The notes beneath the pieces are model-generated. The model did not search any database. It was not told the origin of the DNA and was given only the letters and a program-made list of their open reading frames with translations. From contig JAVYWL010000003.1 of the NCBI GenBank assembly GCA_038727135.1, forward strand, positions 160,001-224,000: a stretch of DNA of 64,000 bases. The letters run 5' to 3'. This stretch comes from Candidatus Bathyarchaeia archaeon. Lineage in GTDB: Archaea > Thermoproteota > Bathyarchaeia > Bathyarchaeales > Bathycorpusculaceae. Shown here piece after piece: positions 1 to 8,796 of the stretch; positions within the stretch are counted from its first letter, which is position 1; each line of letters begins with the position of its first letter. The position numbers and the translations under genes are program-made.

Positions 1-79
1 TTGTTGTGCGAAGGGAAGTCATTTATTTTGATTAGGAGAACTTGTTTTAAGGCTTTAGAGGTTGTTGGCGGTGGGTTGA

Positions 80-1045
80 ATGGCGAAAACAATAGGCGTA
101 GTTACAAGCGGCGGTGATGCTCCGGGGATGAATGCAGCTATTAGGGCGGTCACACGTTTGGCTAGTGCCTTGGGTTTTAGGGTATTGGGTTTTGAAAGAG
201 GCTGGGAAGGCTTAATCAACAATCGTTTTAGGCTTTTGACGCCGCGTTCTGTTGGTGGAATAATACAGTTGGGCGGAACTATTCTTTTGACTTCGCGTTG
301 TCCAGAGTTTAAAACGCGGGAAGGTATTAGAAAGGCTGCCGAAAACCTTGCCGCCGACAATGTGGATGGGCTTGTTGTTATTGGTGGGGATGGCTCTTTC
401 AGGGGCGCCTTAGAACTTAGCCGTGAAACAGACGTCTTAATTGTCGGGGTTCCAGCCACCATAGATAATGATGTTTATGGTTCGGATGAGACGATTGGTT
501 TTGACACGGCTGTTAATACGGCAGTAGCTGAAATTGACAAGATTAGGGACACAGCCATATCCCATGAAAGAGTCTTCGTTGTAGAAGTTATGGGCCGCCG
601 AAGAGGATTTTTGGCTTTGACTGTAGGCTTAACTGTTGGCGCCGAAGTCATTTTGGTCCCAGAAGTCCCAATAAACATGGATGAAATTTTTAGAACTGTG
701 AAGGAGAACGCAGCCAAGGGTAAACGGTCTGGCATAATTGTGGCAGCTGAAGGCGTCGGCGACACCCGCAAAATCGCCGAAGAAATTGAGGCCAACACAG
801 GAGCAGAAGTGCGGTTAAGCATTGTTGGTTATGCACAGCGGGGCGGAAGCCCAACCGCCAGAAGCCGCCTACTGGCAAGCCTATTCGCAGAAGAAGCAGT
901 CCAACTAATCATGCAAGGTGTTGGAAAACGTGTGGTCGGATTACAGAAAGGCCTAATTACAAACATAAGCCTAGAAGAAACATGCAAAAACCAAAAAACC
1001 CTAGACACGAGACTCTTGAAACTGGCGAAAACACTAGCAACATAA
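80..1045 (+). CDS. pfkA: 6-phosphofructokinase, PfkA family, ATP-dependent signature
   Basis: TSGGDAPGMNAAIR, GGDGS, PATIDND, EVMGR and QRGG motifs; G at the GGDG position indicates ATP type. Confidence 0.93.
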   Translation: MAKTIGVVTSGGDAPGMNAAIRAVTRLASALGFRVLGFERGWEGLINNRFRLLTPRSVGGIIQLGGTILLTSRCPEFKTREGIRKAAENLAADNVDGLVVIGGDGSFRGALELSRETDVLIVGVPATIDNDVYGSDETIGFDTAVNTAVAEIDKIRDTAISHERVFVVEVMGRRRGFLALTVGLTVGAEVILVPEVPINMDEIFRTVKENAAKGKRSGIIVAAEGVGDTRKIAEEIEANTGAEVRLSIVGYAQRGGSPTARSRLLASLFAEEAVQLIMQGVGKRVVGLQKGLITNISLEETCKNQKTLDTRLLKLAKTLAT

Positions 1046-1149
1046 CACTTAAAACTCAACATTTAAGAAATTGATGTCCTTTTTTAGCTTTATGAAAATC
1101 GTAGAAAGATAGAAGAGCCAGCTTTCGGAGGTTCTTCGGCGAGAAATGG

Positions 1150-4143
1150 ATGGCGGAGATGATGACGATTCAAGATTTGGAGAAGTCGAGTGTTGACGAA
1201 AGTTTAGGCTGGGCTCTGCCGAGCACTGAAGAATTTTTAACTTTGCCGGTCAAGGATCTTCTTTCACGCTTAAAGACTTCGTTGAATGGACTTTCCTCAG
1301 AAGAGGTGGAAAGGCGTCTTGAAGTTTTTGGCTATAATGAGCTTGTTAGGAGAAAGAGGAGAACAATTGTCATTGATTTTCTTTCCCATTTCAAAAGTCC
1401 GTTGATAATAATTCTTCTTATCGCTGGGCTGGTTTCCGGCTTTTTTGGAGAGGTTATAAATGCAACTATTATATTTGTTATTGTTACGTTCAGCGTAGTC
1501 TTAGACTTTTATCAAGAATCTAAGGCTGAAAGAGCCGCTGAAATGCTGAAGCAGAGGGTGGCGACAACAGCCACGGTTTTGAGAGACGGAGTTAAAAAAG
1601 AGGTTAGGCTTGCGGAGATAGTTCCTGGAGACATCATATTTCTTTCAGCAGGAGACATTGTGCCTGCAGACGCCCGAGTTATAAATGCAAAAGACTTGTT
1701 CGTGAACCAGTCTGCATTGACTGGTGAATCTTTCCCCGTTGAGAAAACAGGCTTACCGCTGAAAACTTTCGACCCTTCGATAACGGAGTGGAGCAACTAT
1801 CTTTTTATGGGCACTTCTGTTGTAAGCGGGACGGTAACCGCCGTTGTCGTTAAAACCGGCAGCCATACAGAGTATGGAAAAATCGCCAAGAGACTTGTGG
1901 AAAAGGAGCCTGAAACAGAATTTCAGAGGGGTATCCGAAGTTTTGGTTACATGATAATGCAAGTGACTTTTCTACTGGTCCTTTTTGTGTTTTTCATTAA
2001 CGCACTTTACATGCGGAGCGTGCTTGATTCGCTTCTTTTTGCTGTGGCTTTGGCTGTGGGCTTGACGCCGGAGCTTCTGCCAATGATCATCTCGGTGAAC
2101 CTCTCTAAAGGGGCGGTGTTGATGGCTAAGAAGGGGGTCATCGTGAAACGCCTGGCAGCCATACAAAATTTTGGAAGCATGGACGTTCTATGCACGGACA
2201 AAACTGGGACTTTGACGGAAAACCTGATAAAGCTTGTTCTGCACGTGGACCTTTACGGCAACGAAAGCGATAAGGTTCTGCTTTACTCCTACCTAAACAG
2301 CTATTACCAGACTGGAATTAAAAGCCCCTTAGATGAGGCCATACTAAGATTTAGGGACGTGGATGTTAAGGGTTATAGGAAAGTTGATGAGGTCCCTTTT
2401 GATTTTGTCCGTAAACGTCTCTCCGTTGTTGTCGAGTATCAAAATCAACGGTTTATGATCACTAAGGGTGCTCCTGAGGAGGTTGCTAAGGTCTGCTCTT
2501 ATTACGAGGTTGGGGAGGTTATAGCTGACATAACTGATGAAGTGCGCAGAAATATCGAGCAAAAATATGTTGAGCTTAGCTCTGAGGGCTACAGGGTTTT
2601 AGCCGTATCCTACAAGCGTTTAAGGGAGGACAAACCCGTCTACACGGCAGGCGACGAAACGGAAATGGTGTTTTTAGGCTTCATAGCTTTCCTCGACCCG
2701 CCAAAAGAAACAGCGAAAGAAGCCCTACAGCTTCTTAAAAACGCCAGCATAGAGCTGAAAATTCTCACAGGCGACAATGAACTGGTAACAAGAAAAGTTT
2801 GTGAACACTTAGGCTTCGACATAAAAGGAGTTGTCGCAGGAAGCGAAATTGCCCAAATGCACGACGACGCCCTCGCAAGAGTCGTCGAGGAGGCCAACGT
2901 TTTCTGTAGGGTTACACCAGCCCAGAAAGACAGAATAATAAACGCTTTAAAAAACAATGGGCACGTCGTTGGATTCTTAGGTGATGGAATAAACGATGCA
3001 CCTTCGCTGAAAACGGCAGACGTTGGCATATCCGTCGAAAACGCCGTTGACGTTGCAAAAGAGTCTGCCGACATAATTCTTTTGCAGAACGATTTACGGG
3101 TGCTCCATGACGGGGTTTTGGAGGGTAGGAAAACTTTCGGCAACACCATGAAATATGTTATGATGGGTGTGAGCTCAAACTTTGGAAACATGTTCAGCGT
3201 AGCTGGAGCATCATTGTTTCTGCCATTTCTGCCCATGCTTCCCATACAAATACTACTTAACAATCTTCTTTACGACTTTTCCCAATCAACAATACCTACA
3301 GACGAGGTTGATCAAGAATACATTGAGAAGCCTAAAAGGTGGGACATTCACTTCATTAGACGGTTTATGGTGTGCCTTGGGCCTGTCAGCTCCATATTTG
3401 ACTTCCTAACATTCTTTATAATGCTTTTCATCTTTAACGCTTCTGAGCCGCTGTTTCAAACCGCCTGGTTCATCGAATCCCTAACCTCACAGACCCTTGT
3501 AATTTTTGCCATTAGAACAAAGAAGTCGCCCTTCTGGAAAAGTAAGCCGAGTCGACTTTTGCTTCTCAGCAGCATATCAATAATAACATTTGCGCTGATA
3601 ATTCCTTACACTCCATTAGGAGAAATTTTCAGATTCGTAAAGCCTCCAGCAACCTTTTATATAGCATTAGCCGCAATTCTCGGCGCCTATATAGCCCTAG
3701 TCGAGGTCGTCAAAAGCTGGTTTTACAAGAGGTATGGCTACCGCCTAGAACAAATCTTAATTCCGCCCAAGAAGATGGGGATATACCTCACCAAAACTGC
3801 AAAGCTCATTCAAAATGTTATAGCCGTCATCTGTCTACGTTCAGAGGACGAAATAACAGTTGACTCCCTCCTAGAAGACTTAGAAAGAAGCATGGAATAC
3901 CCACTCGACTATCACCAAGTAGGCCACACAATTCAACATTTGAAACGCGCAAGCCTCATAAACTTTGAGTGGCGCCAAAAGACAATCAAACGGGAAAAAC
4001 CACTAAAAGAATACGTTACAAAACAGTTGATAACCAGCGAACTATGGCCAAAAATAGCACAAGAATGGCATAAAATCAGCAAAATTATCAAAGAAAAACA
4101 TGGAAAAGTGAACCCGGAATACCAAGAACTCCTACATTTGTAA
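1150..4143 (+). CDS. mgtA: Mg2+-translocating P-type ATPase (P3B) with an extra ~125 aa C-terminal domain
   Basis: TGES, TPELLP, DKTGTLT, GDGINDAP and SSNFGNMFSV/NNLLYD motifs typical of MgtA. Confidence 0.9.
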   Translation: MAEMMTIQDLEKSSVDESLGWALPSTEEFLTLPVKDLLSRLKTSLNGLSSEEVERRLEVFGYNELVRRKRRTIVIDFLSHFKSPLIIILLIAGLVSGFFGEVINATIIFVIVTFSVVLDFYQESKAERAAEMLKQRVATTATVLRDGVKKEVRLAEIVPGDIIFLSAGDIVPADARVINAKDLFVNQSALTGESFPVEKTGLPLKTFDPSITEWSNYLFMGTSVVSGTVTAVVVKTGSHTEYGKIAKRLVEKEPETEFQRGIRSFGYMIMQVTFLLVLFVFFINALYMRSVLDSLLFAVALAVGLTPELLPMIISVNLSKGAVLMAKKGVIVKRLAAIQNFGSMDVLCTDKTGTLTENLIKLVLHVDLYGNESDKVLLYSYLNSYYQTGIKSPLDEAILRFRDVDVKGYRKVDEVPFDFVRKRLSVVVEYQNQRFMITKGAPEEVAKVCSYYEVGEVIADITDEVRRNIEQKYVELSSEGYRVLAVSYKRLREDKPVYTAGDETEMVFLGFIAFLDPPKETAKEALQLLKNASIELKILTGDNELVTRKVCEHLGFDIKGVVAGSEIAQMHDDALARVVEEANVFCRVTPAQKDRIINALKNNGHVVGFLGDGINDAPSLKTADVGISVENAVDVAKESADIILLQNDLRVLHDGVLEGRKTFGNTMKYVMMGVSSNFGNMFSVAGASLFLPFLPMLPIQILLNNLLYDFSQSTIPTDEVDQEYIEKPKRWDIHFIRRFMVCLGPVSSIFDFLTFFIMLFIFNASEPLFQTAWFIESLTSQTLVIFAIRTKKSPFWKSKPSRLLLLSSISIITFALIIPYTPLGEIFRFVKPPATFYIALAAILGAYIALVEVVKSWFYKRYGYRLEQILIPPKKMGIYLTKTAKLIQNVIAVICLRSEDEITVDSLLEDLERSMEYPLDYHQVGHTIQHLKRASLINFEWRQKTIKREKPLKEYVTKQLITSELWPKIAQEWHKISKIIKEKHGKVNPEYQELLHL

Positions 4144-4209
4144 GAACTTCAGGACAGCCCATAACTGCAATTATTTTTCGTGTTGTTTGTCATTGGCGAT
4201 GGAAAATGT

Positions 4210-5238
4210 TCAACCGAAGAAGACGCTGGCAAGTTCATAAAGTTCAATGTCAACTGTTTTCCTTTTGCCAACAACGTCTTTAAGCGGCACCGGCACTATT
4301 TGGTTTCCTTTAAGCGCCACCATGTAGTCAAACTTTCCTTCGTGGGCTAGGTCTACTGCTGCTACGCCGAATCTTGTGGCTAGTATGCGGTCAAAGGCTA
4401 TTGGTGAGCCGCCACGCTGCAAGTGTCCCAAAACGACTACTCGGGTTTCTATTCCGGTTCGCTGTTCAATCTCCTTAGCCAAATAGTAGCCTATTCCGCC
4501 TAGGCTTATGTGGCCAAACTCGTCTATGCGTTCGCTGTAGACTATTTCTTTTCCGCCCTTTGGTTTGGCCCCTTCAGCCACCACTATTAGGCTGAAGTTT
4601 CTTCCCCGCTTTTGCCTCCGCCTAATGTATTCGCAGACCTCGTCTATGTCGAAGGGCTTTTCCGGTATTAGAATGGCGTCTGCCCCGCCAGCTAGTCCGG
4701 CTGCTAGGGCTATGTGTCCCGTGTAGCGTCCCATAACTTCTAGAATTATGACTCGGTTGTGGGCTTCTGCTGTGCTATGGAGCTTGTCTAGGGCCTCTGT
4801 TGCTATGGCTACAGCCGTGTGAAAACCAAAAGTGTAGTCTGTTTCCACCAAGTCATTATCTATCGTTTTTGGAACGCCGACGCATTTAAGCCCATAATCA
4901 GCCATCTTGTGGGCAACACTTAAGGTGTCGTCTCCACCGATGGCTATAACCGCGTCTAAACCGGCTTTTCTAGCGTTTTCCATTATTTGTTCCGGTCCAC
5001 CCTCACGCTTGAAGGGGTTAGTCCTAGAAGTGCCGAGGATTGAGCCGCCTCTTGGAAGTATGCCCGCAACAGCCTCAAAGTCCAATGGAACCAATTTGGC
5101 TTCCAGTAGCCCACGCCAGCCTTCCTTTATGCCTATTATCTCGTCTCCGTATGTCTGTATTCCCCGCCTAACAACAGCCCTTATAACGGCGTTTATTCCC
5201 GGAGCGTCTCCCCCACCACTTAATACGCCTATTCGCAT
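4210..5238 (-). CDS. pfp: Phosphofructokinase, PfkA family, PPi-dependent signature
   Basis: GGGDAPG, GGDDT and PKTIDND (Asp/Lys pair typical of PPi-PFK); start placed at ATG 5238 after a GGAGGAG RBS. Confidence 0.88.
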   Translation of the reverse strand: MRIGVLSGGGDAPGINAVIRAVVRRGIQTYGDEIIGIKEGWRGLLEAKLVPLDFEAVAGILPRGGSILGTSRTNPFKREGGPEQIMENARKAGLDAVIAIGGDDTLSVAHKMADYGLKCVGVPKTIDNDLVETDYTFGFHTAVAIATEALDKLHSTAEAHNRVIILEVMGRYTGHIALAAGLAGGADAILIPEKPFDIDEVCEYIRRRQKRGRNFSLIVVAEGAKPKGGKEIVYSERIDEFGHISLGGIGYYLAKEIEQRTGIETRVVVLGHLQRGGSPIAFDRILATRFGVAAVDLAHEGKFDYMVALKGNQIVPVPLKDVVGKRKTVDIELYELASVFFG

Positions 5239-5260
5239 CTTGCTCCTCCTCCAAATCATT

Positions 5261-6178
5261 TTATGCTTTTCCGGAACTTCCAAAAAGGCGCATCTTCGCC
5301 TTAACAACCTCTTTCATGACTTCCTTCGCTGGTCCCAAGATTTTTCTGGGGTCAAACTCTTTCGGCGAGTTTGCCAAGACCTCACGGACCGTTGCTGTAA
5401 AAGCCAGTCTCAAGTCTGTGTCTATGTTTATCTTTGTTATTCCAAGCGAAATCGCCTTTCTGATATGCTCTTCTGGTATGCCCTTTGCCCCGGACAGTTC
5501 TGCGCCGTATTTCGTTGCTTTTTCAATTATCCATTGGGGTACGCTGGATGCGCCGTGCAGCACTAGCGGCACTTTAACCCTTTCACGTATCTGCTTTAAT
5601 CTTTCAAAGTCCAATTGGGGTTCGCCCTTAAACTTGTAGGCGCCATGAGAAGTGCCAATGGAAACAGCCAAAGCATCCACGCCTGTCCTTTTCACAAACT
5701 CTTCGGCTTCCTTCGGATCTGTTAGGACGGCTTCCCTTTCCTCAACCGTTTTTTCTTCGACACCTGCAAGTCTTCCAAGTTCGCCTTCAACTGAAACGCC
5801 CTTTTGATGGGCTACGTCTACGACACGCTTTGTTAGGGCAACGTTCTCCTCAAAGGGCAAGTGGGAGCCGTCAATCATAACAGACGTAAAGCCTGCCTCC
5901 AAACATTTTTTGACTGTTTCCAAGTCCTCTCCATGGTCAAGGTGCAAAGACATAGGCACAGGCGTGGTTTCAGCTGCCGTTTTTACAAGCCTTGCCAAAT
6001 AGTTTAATCCACCATATTTTATGGCGCTTGGAGTTACAGCCACGATTACTGGCGATTTTTCTTCGGCTGCGGCTTCCACAACTGCCAGTAGACTTTCAAG
6101 GTTTTGGATGTTAAAGGCTCCAATTGCGTAAGCCTCTTTTTGGGCTTTTAGAAGCAGCTCTTTGTTAGTGACGAGCAT
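5261..6178 (-). CDS. fba: Class II fructose-1,6-bisphosphate aldolase
   Basis: AFN, HLDHG, SVMIDGS, VEGELG, GTSHGAYK, LVLHGASS and KINIDTD; start placed at ATG 6178. Confidence 0.93.
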   Translation of the reverse strand: MLVTNKELLLKAQKEAYAIGAFNIQNLESLLAVVEAAAEEKSPVIVAVTPSAIKYGGLNYLARLVKTAAETTPVPMSLHLDHGEDLETVKKCLEAGFTSVMIDGSHLPFEENVALTKRVVDVAHQKGVSVEGELGRLAGVEEKTVEEREAVLTDPKEAEEFVKRTGVDALAVSIGTSHGAYKFKGEPQLDFERLKQIRERVKVPLVLHGASSVPQWIIEKATKYGAELSGAKGIPEEHIRKAISLGITKINIDTDLRLAFTATVREVLANSPKEFDPRKILGPAKEVMKEVVKAKMRLFGSSGKA

Positions 6179-6368
6179 AGATTTCACTGCCAGTGATATT
6201 TTACAGCCAAAGATATAAAGCATTTACAGATTGCTGAGCTGGATTTGGCGTATTTAGCCGAAATTAAGATTCAAAACATTGTTCCATCTTCGAAGCCGAT
6301 TGTAGGAAAAGTTTATTCTACCACAAATGCATCTTAAGGCTTGAAACCCATCAAAGCCTGGTGGTAAG

Positions 6369-7271
6369 TTGGGTGAAGGCGGCTTCAAGGCTGGATTAAT
6401 TCATCTTGCTCCCGTGTTGGCAAGCTTGCTCGTTGGGGTTTTATGCGCTTATCTCTTGTTTGCTTCTCCAATTGAGCTTTACAGTGTTACTCCGTTCTCG
6501 GAAGATCCGGCTGGCTCTGTTGGAAACGCCTTATACTTTGTTGTACTGGTTGGGGTTGGCGCCACAATTTTGTTTTTCCTATTGAAAAGGAAAAGGGATA
6601 GGCTTATCGCCATTGTTGTTGGTTTCTCTTTAGCCACAGCCGCCTTTCTCCTATCATTTGTTTACTTTTCAGCAGCTCTTGGACTCCTCGGTTTTTCGTT
6701 TATAGAGATTCTGGTTCCCATATCAGCCCTCTTAACGGTGCTTGTTTGTTACACAATTTTTAAGACTCGCAGCAAGGTTGGCGATTTTATCGTGCTTTTG
6801 TTAGGCGGTGCCCTTGGAGCTTTTCTGGGGGCTTGTGTTCCAACTTTAAGCACCGTTCTCATTTTGTGTTTTTTGGCTGTTTATGACGCCTTCGCCGTTT
6901 ATCGCGGACCAGTAGGCAAGATTGCCCGTGAAGGGCTAGAAAAGTTTAGGGGTTTAAGCTTCTCTTTTAGGGACATCCACATGGGGCTTGGCGACTTAAC
7001 CTTTTACTCCATGCTGGCTGGGCACATGCTCATCTATTTTGGTTTACTGCCTTGTCTAGCATCTGCGGTTGGCATTTTGTTAGGCTGCTTTTTGGCTTTC
7101 AAAATGCTTGAGAAGGGCGGAGTTTTTCCAGGATTGCCTTTCCCAATAGCCTTTGGTCTGGTTTTAGGCTTTCTCGCTGTTCTATTTTCTCAGTGGATGG
7201 GGCTCGAGCTTATTGGGCTAGCACTAGGCGCGTGTTGTTTACGTCCACTTCAACTATTTTGCAGTTTTTAA
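6369..7271 (+). CDS. Presenilin-family GxGD intramembrane aspartyl protease
   Basis: Polytopic membrane protein with YD, GLGD and PGLP (PAL-like) motifs; the 3' end overlaps the convergent CooT gene, so the true stop is uncertain. Confidence 0.85.
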   Translation: MGEGGFKAGLIHLAPVLASLLVGVLCAYLLFASPIELYSVTPFSEDPAGSVGNALYFVVLVGVGATILFFLLKRKRDRLIAIVVGFSLATAAFLLSFVYFSAALGLLGFSFIEILVPISALLTVLVCYTIFKTRSKVGDFIVLLLGGALGAFLGACVPTLSTVLILCFLAVYDAFAVYRGPVGKIAREGLEKFRGLSFSFRDIHMGLGDLTFYSMLAGHMLIYFGLLPCLASAVGILLGCFLAFKMLEKGGVFPGLPFPIAFGLVLGFLAVLFSQWMGLELIGLALGACCLRPLQLFCSF

Positions 7272-7386
7272 ACTCCATTGTTTGTCCAGAAACATCCTTC
7301 AGTATTACTTTTCCGCCTTCAGCTTTTGCGTAGACAACGTCGTTCCAAACTTCCTCTCCGTTTAGGATTACTTTAAATTCGCACAT
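7210..7386 (-). CDS. cooT: CooT-family nickel-binding protein (58 aa, absent from the ORF track)
   Basis: Manual translation MCEFKVILNGEEVWNDVVYAKAEGGKVILKDVSGQTMEFKNCKIVEVDVNNTRLVLAQ; N-terminal MC motif and all-beta pattern; lies near the CODH/ACS cluster. Confidence 0.82.
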   Translation of the reverse strand: MCEFKVILNGEEVWNDVVYAKAEGGKVILKDVSGQTMEFKNCKIVEVDVNNTRLVLAQ

Positions 7387-7526
7387 TATTTTCGCCTTTA
7401 CTGCATTGAGAGAGGAGTGTTTTGCTATATTTTTTGTGGTGGGACTTGGTGATTTTTGATATAGATTTTGGGTTCATAACCCTAATTATGGCTGCCATGT
7501 ATAAGCTAAAGGGTGGTGCGTGAAAT

Positions 7527-7840
7527 TTGACCTTATGGCATGAAATCGAAGACCTTCAAAGAAGAAGGCTGAATTGGAGTTTCAGTTGCATTCGCTGGAA
7601 GAGAAGGAGAAAACCCTCGAGGAAAGGGCTAGGCTGCTGGAGGAAAAGTTAGCCATAAAAGAGCTGGAGCAGAAGGTTAGGATTAAAACCGAAAGCATTG
7701 AAAAGCTCGAGTCCCGCATAGGTGAGCTTGAGCATAGGCTTGGCATTTCCACAAACATTATGGCTGCTCCAGAGCCAGAACCAGCAAAAGTTCAGCAGGG
7801 CGAAAACAGCTTTAATCTCAGGAAGCTCTTCGGCGAATAA
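7527..7840 (+). CDS. Small coiled-coil protein with an apparent 1-nt frameshift near 7560
   Basis: Heptad-rich ORF 7574-7840; an upstream frame from TTG 7527 (MTLWHEIEDLQ...) behind GGTGGTG joins it if one base is added at caaagaagaag. Confidence 0.55.
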
Positions 7841-8019
7841 TCTGGCGCTTTAAGTCTTATCTGTTCGGCGACGAACAATACCGATGGTTAGATAGCTGAT
7901 TTTCTAAATTTTAGTTCCAAACCATGTTAGTTGATGTGTGTTTTGGATGGTTATTGAATAAAATAGTTATAATGTTGGATGCTAATACCGTCTATAGAGA
8001 ATTGGCAAGATGAATTTGG

Positions 8020-8499
8020 ATGGAGAAGAAAGGCAAGTCCAGTGAGTCCGCGTTCTCCGACATATTTAGTCTGCTCGTTGAAACTAGCGAGAAGGAAAAA
8101 CGAAAACGCAGAGAAGAGCTTCTCGCACCTTTGGGCGTTAAAGAATTCTTTGTTGGTGGAAGCATATCAATAGACAAGCGCACATGCAAAGGCGTGGAAT
8201 GCAAACTGTGCATTAAGGCTTGCCCCACCAACGCTTTGTTCTGGAAGAGCAGCGGAGAAGTCGGAATAACAGAAGAACTGTGCATATATTGTGGCGCATG
8301 TGTGCTAAACTGCATAGTGGACGACTGCATAAAAATAACACGGAAAAGAGAGAACGGCGAAACAGAAAGGTTCAGCACACCAAGAGCCTTCACTATGCTG
8401 GAAAACAGCATAAACGCCAAAAAACGCCACGAAAGAGTTAGGACAATATTCCCAACAATCACAGAATACTTGAGGCTGTATAAGCCGCAAATGACGTAA
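8020..8499 (+). CDS. 2x[4Fe-4S] ferredoxin-domain protein
   Basis: CKGVECKLCIKACP and CIYCGACVLNC motifs. Confidence 0.85.
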   Translation: MEKKGKSSESAFSDIFSLLVETSEKEKRKRREELLAPLGVKEFFVGGSISIDKRTCKGVECKLCIKACPTNALFWKSSGEVGITEELCIYCGACVLNCIVDDCIKITRKRENGETERFSTPRAFTMLENSINAKKRHERVRTIFPTITEYLRLYKPQMT

Positions 8500-8796
8500 G
8501 TAAGCAAAAACCATGTCAATTTTGTTAGGCTTTCAAACTGCAAAATTTATAGGCTCTTTAGAATTTTGGGCGGGCGGGTCATGTTTTTGGTCGTTTCTGT
8601 CAAGCCACCATTTATAACTACTTTTTCACGAACTTCTCGATCTCCTCTCCACGATGCAATCACTTTCTCATCTTTTTCAAAAATGATTGATGATCCCCAG
8701 TGGTTTGCCAATAAACCACCATAATGTTTTATTTGAATAGCTTTGAATAGCATCAAATAAAAATTTTCAATTAATGATGATATAAGAGAAGAAATA

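Noticed and set aside
1074-1112. Short ORF MSFFSFMKIVER upstream of mgtA as an MgtL-like leader peptide
   Set aside because: No proline codons or RBS, so it does not fit the known mechanism
4195-4215. GGCGATGG resembling the start of a fluoride riboswitch
   Set aside because: It lacks the pairing partner and pseudoknot and lies between convergent gene ends
4907-5566. 219-aa plus-strand ORF and the many similar antisense ORFs over pfk, cdh, pilus and cofE genes
   Set aside because: Shadow frames opposite well-supported genes, with no motifs
8547-8756. 69-aa minus-strand ORF in the AT-rich gap after cdhE
   Set aside because: No recognisable motif or RBS; it may be a gene remnant but cannot be supported
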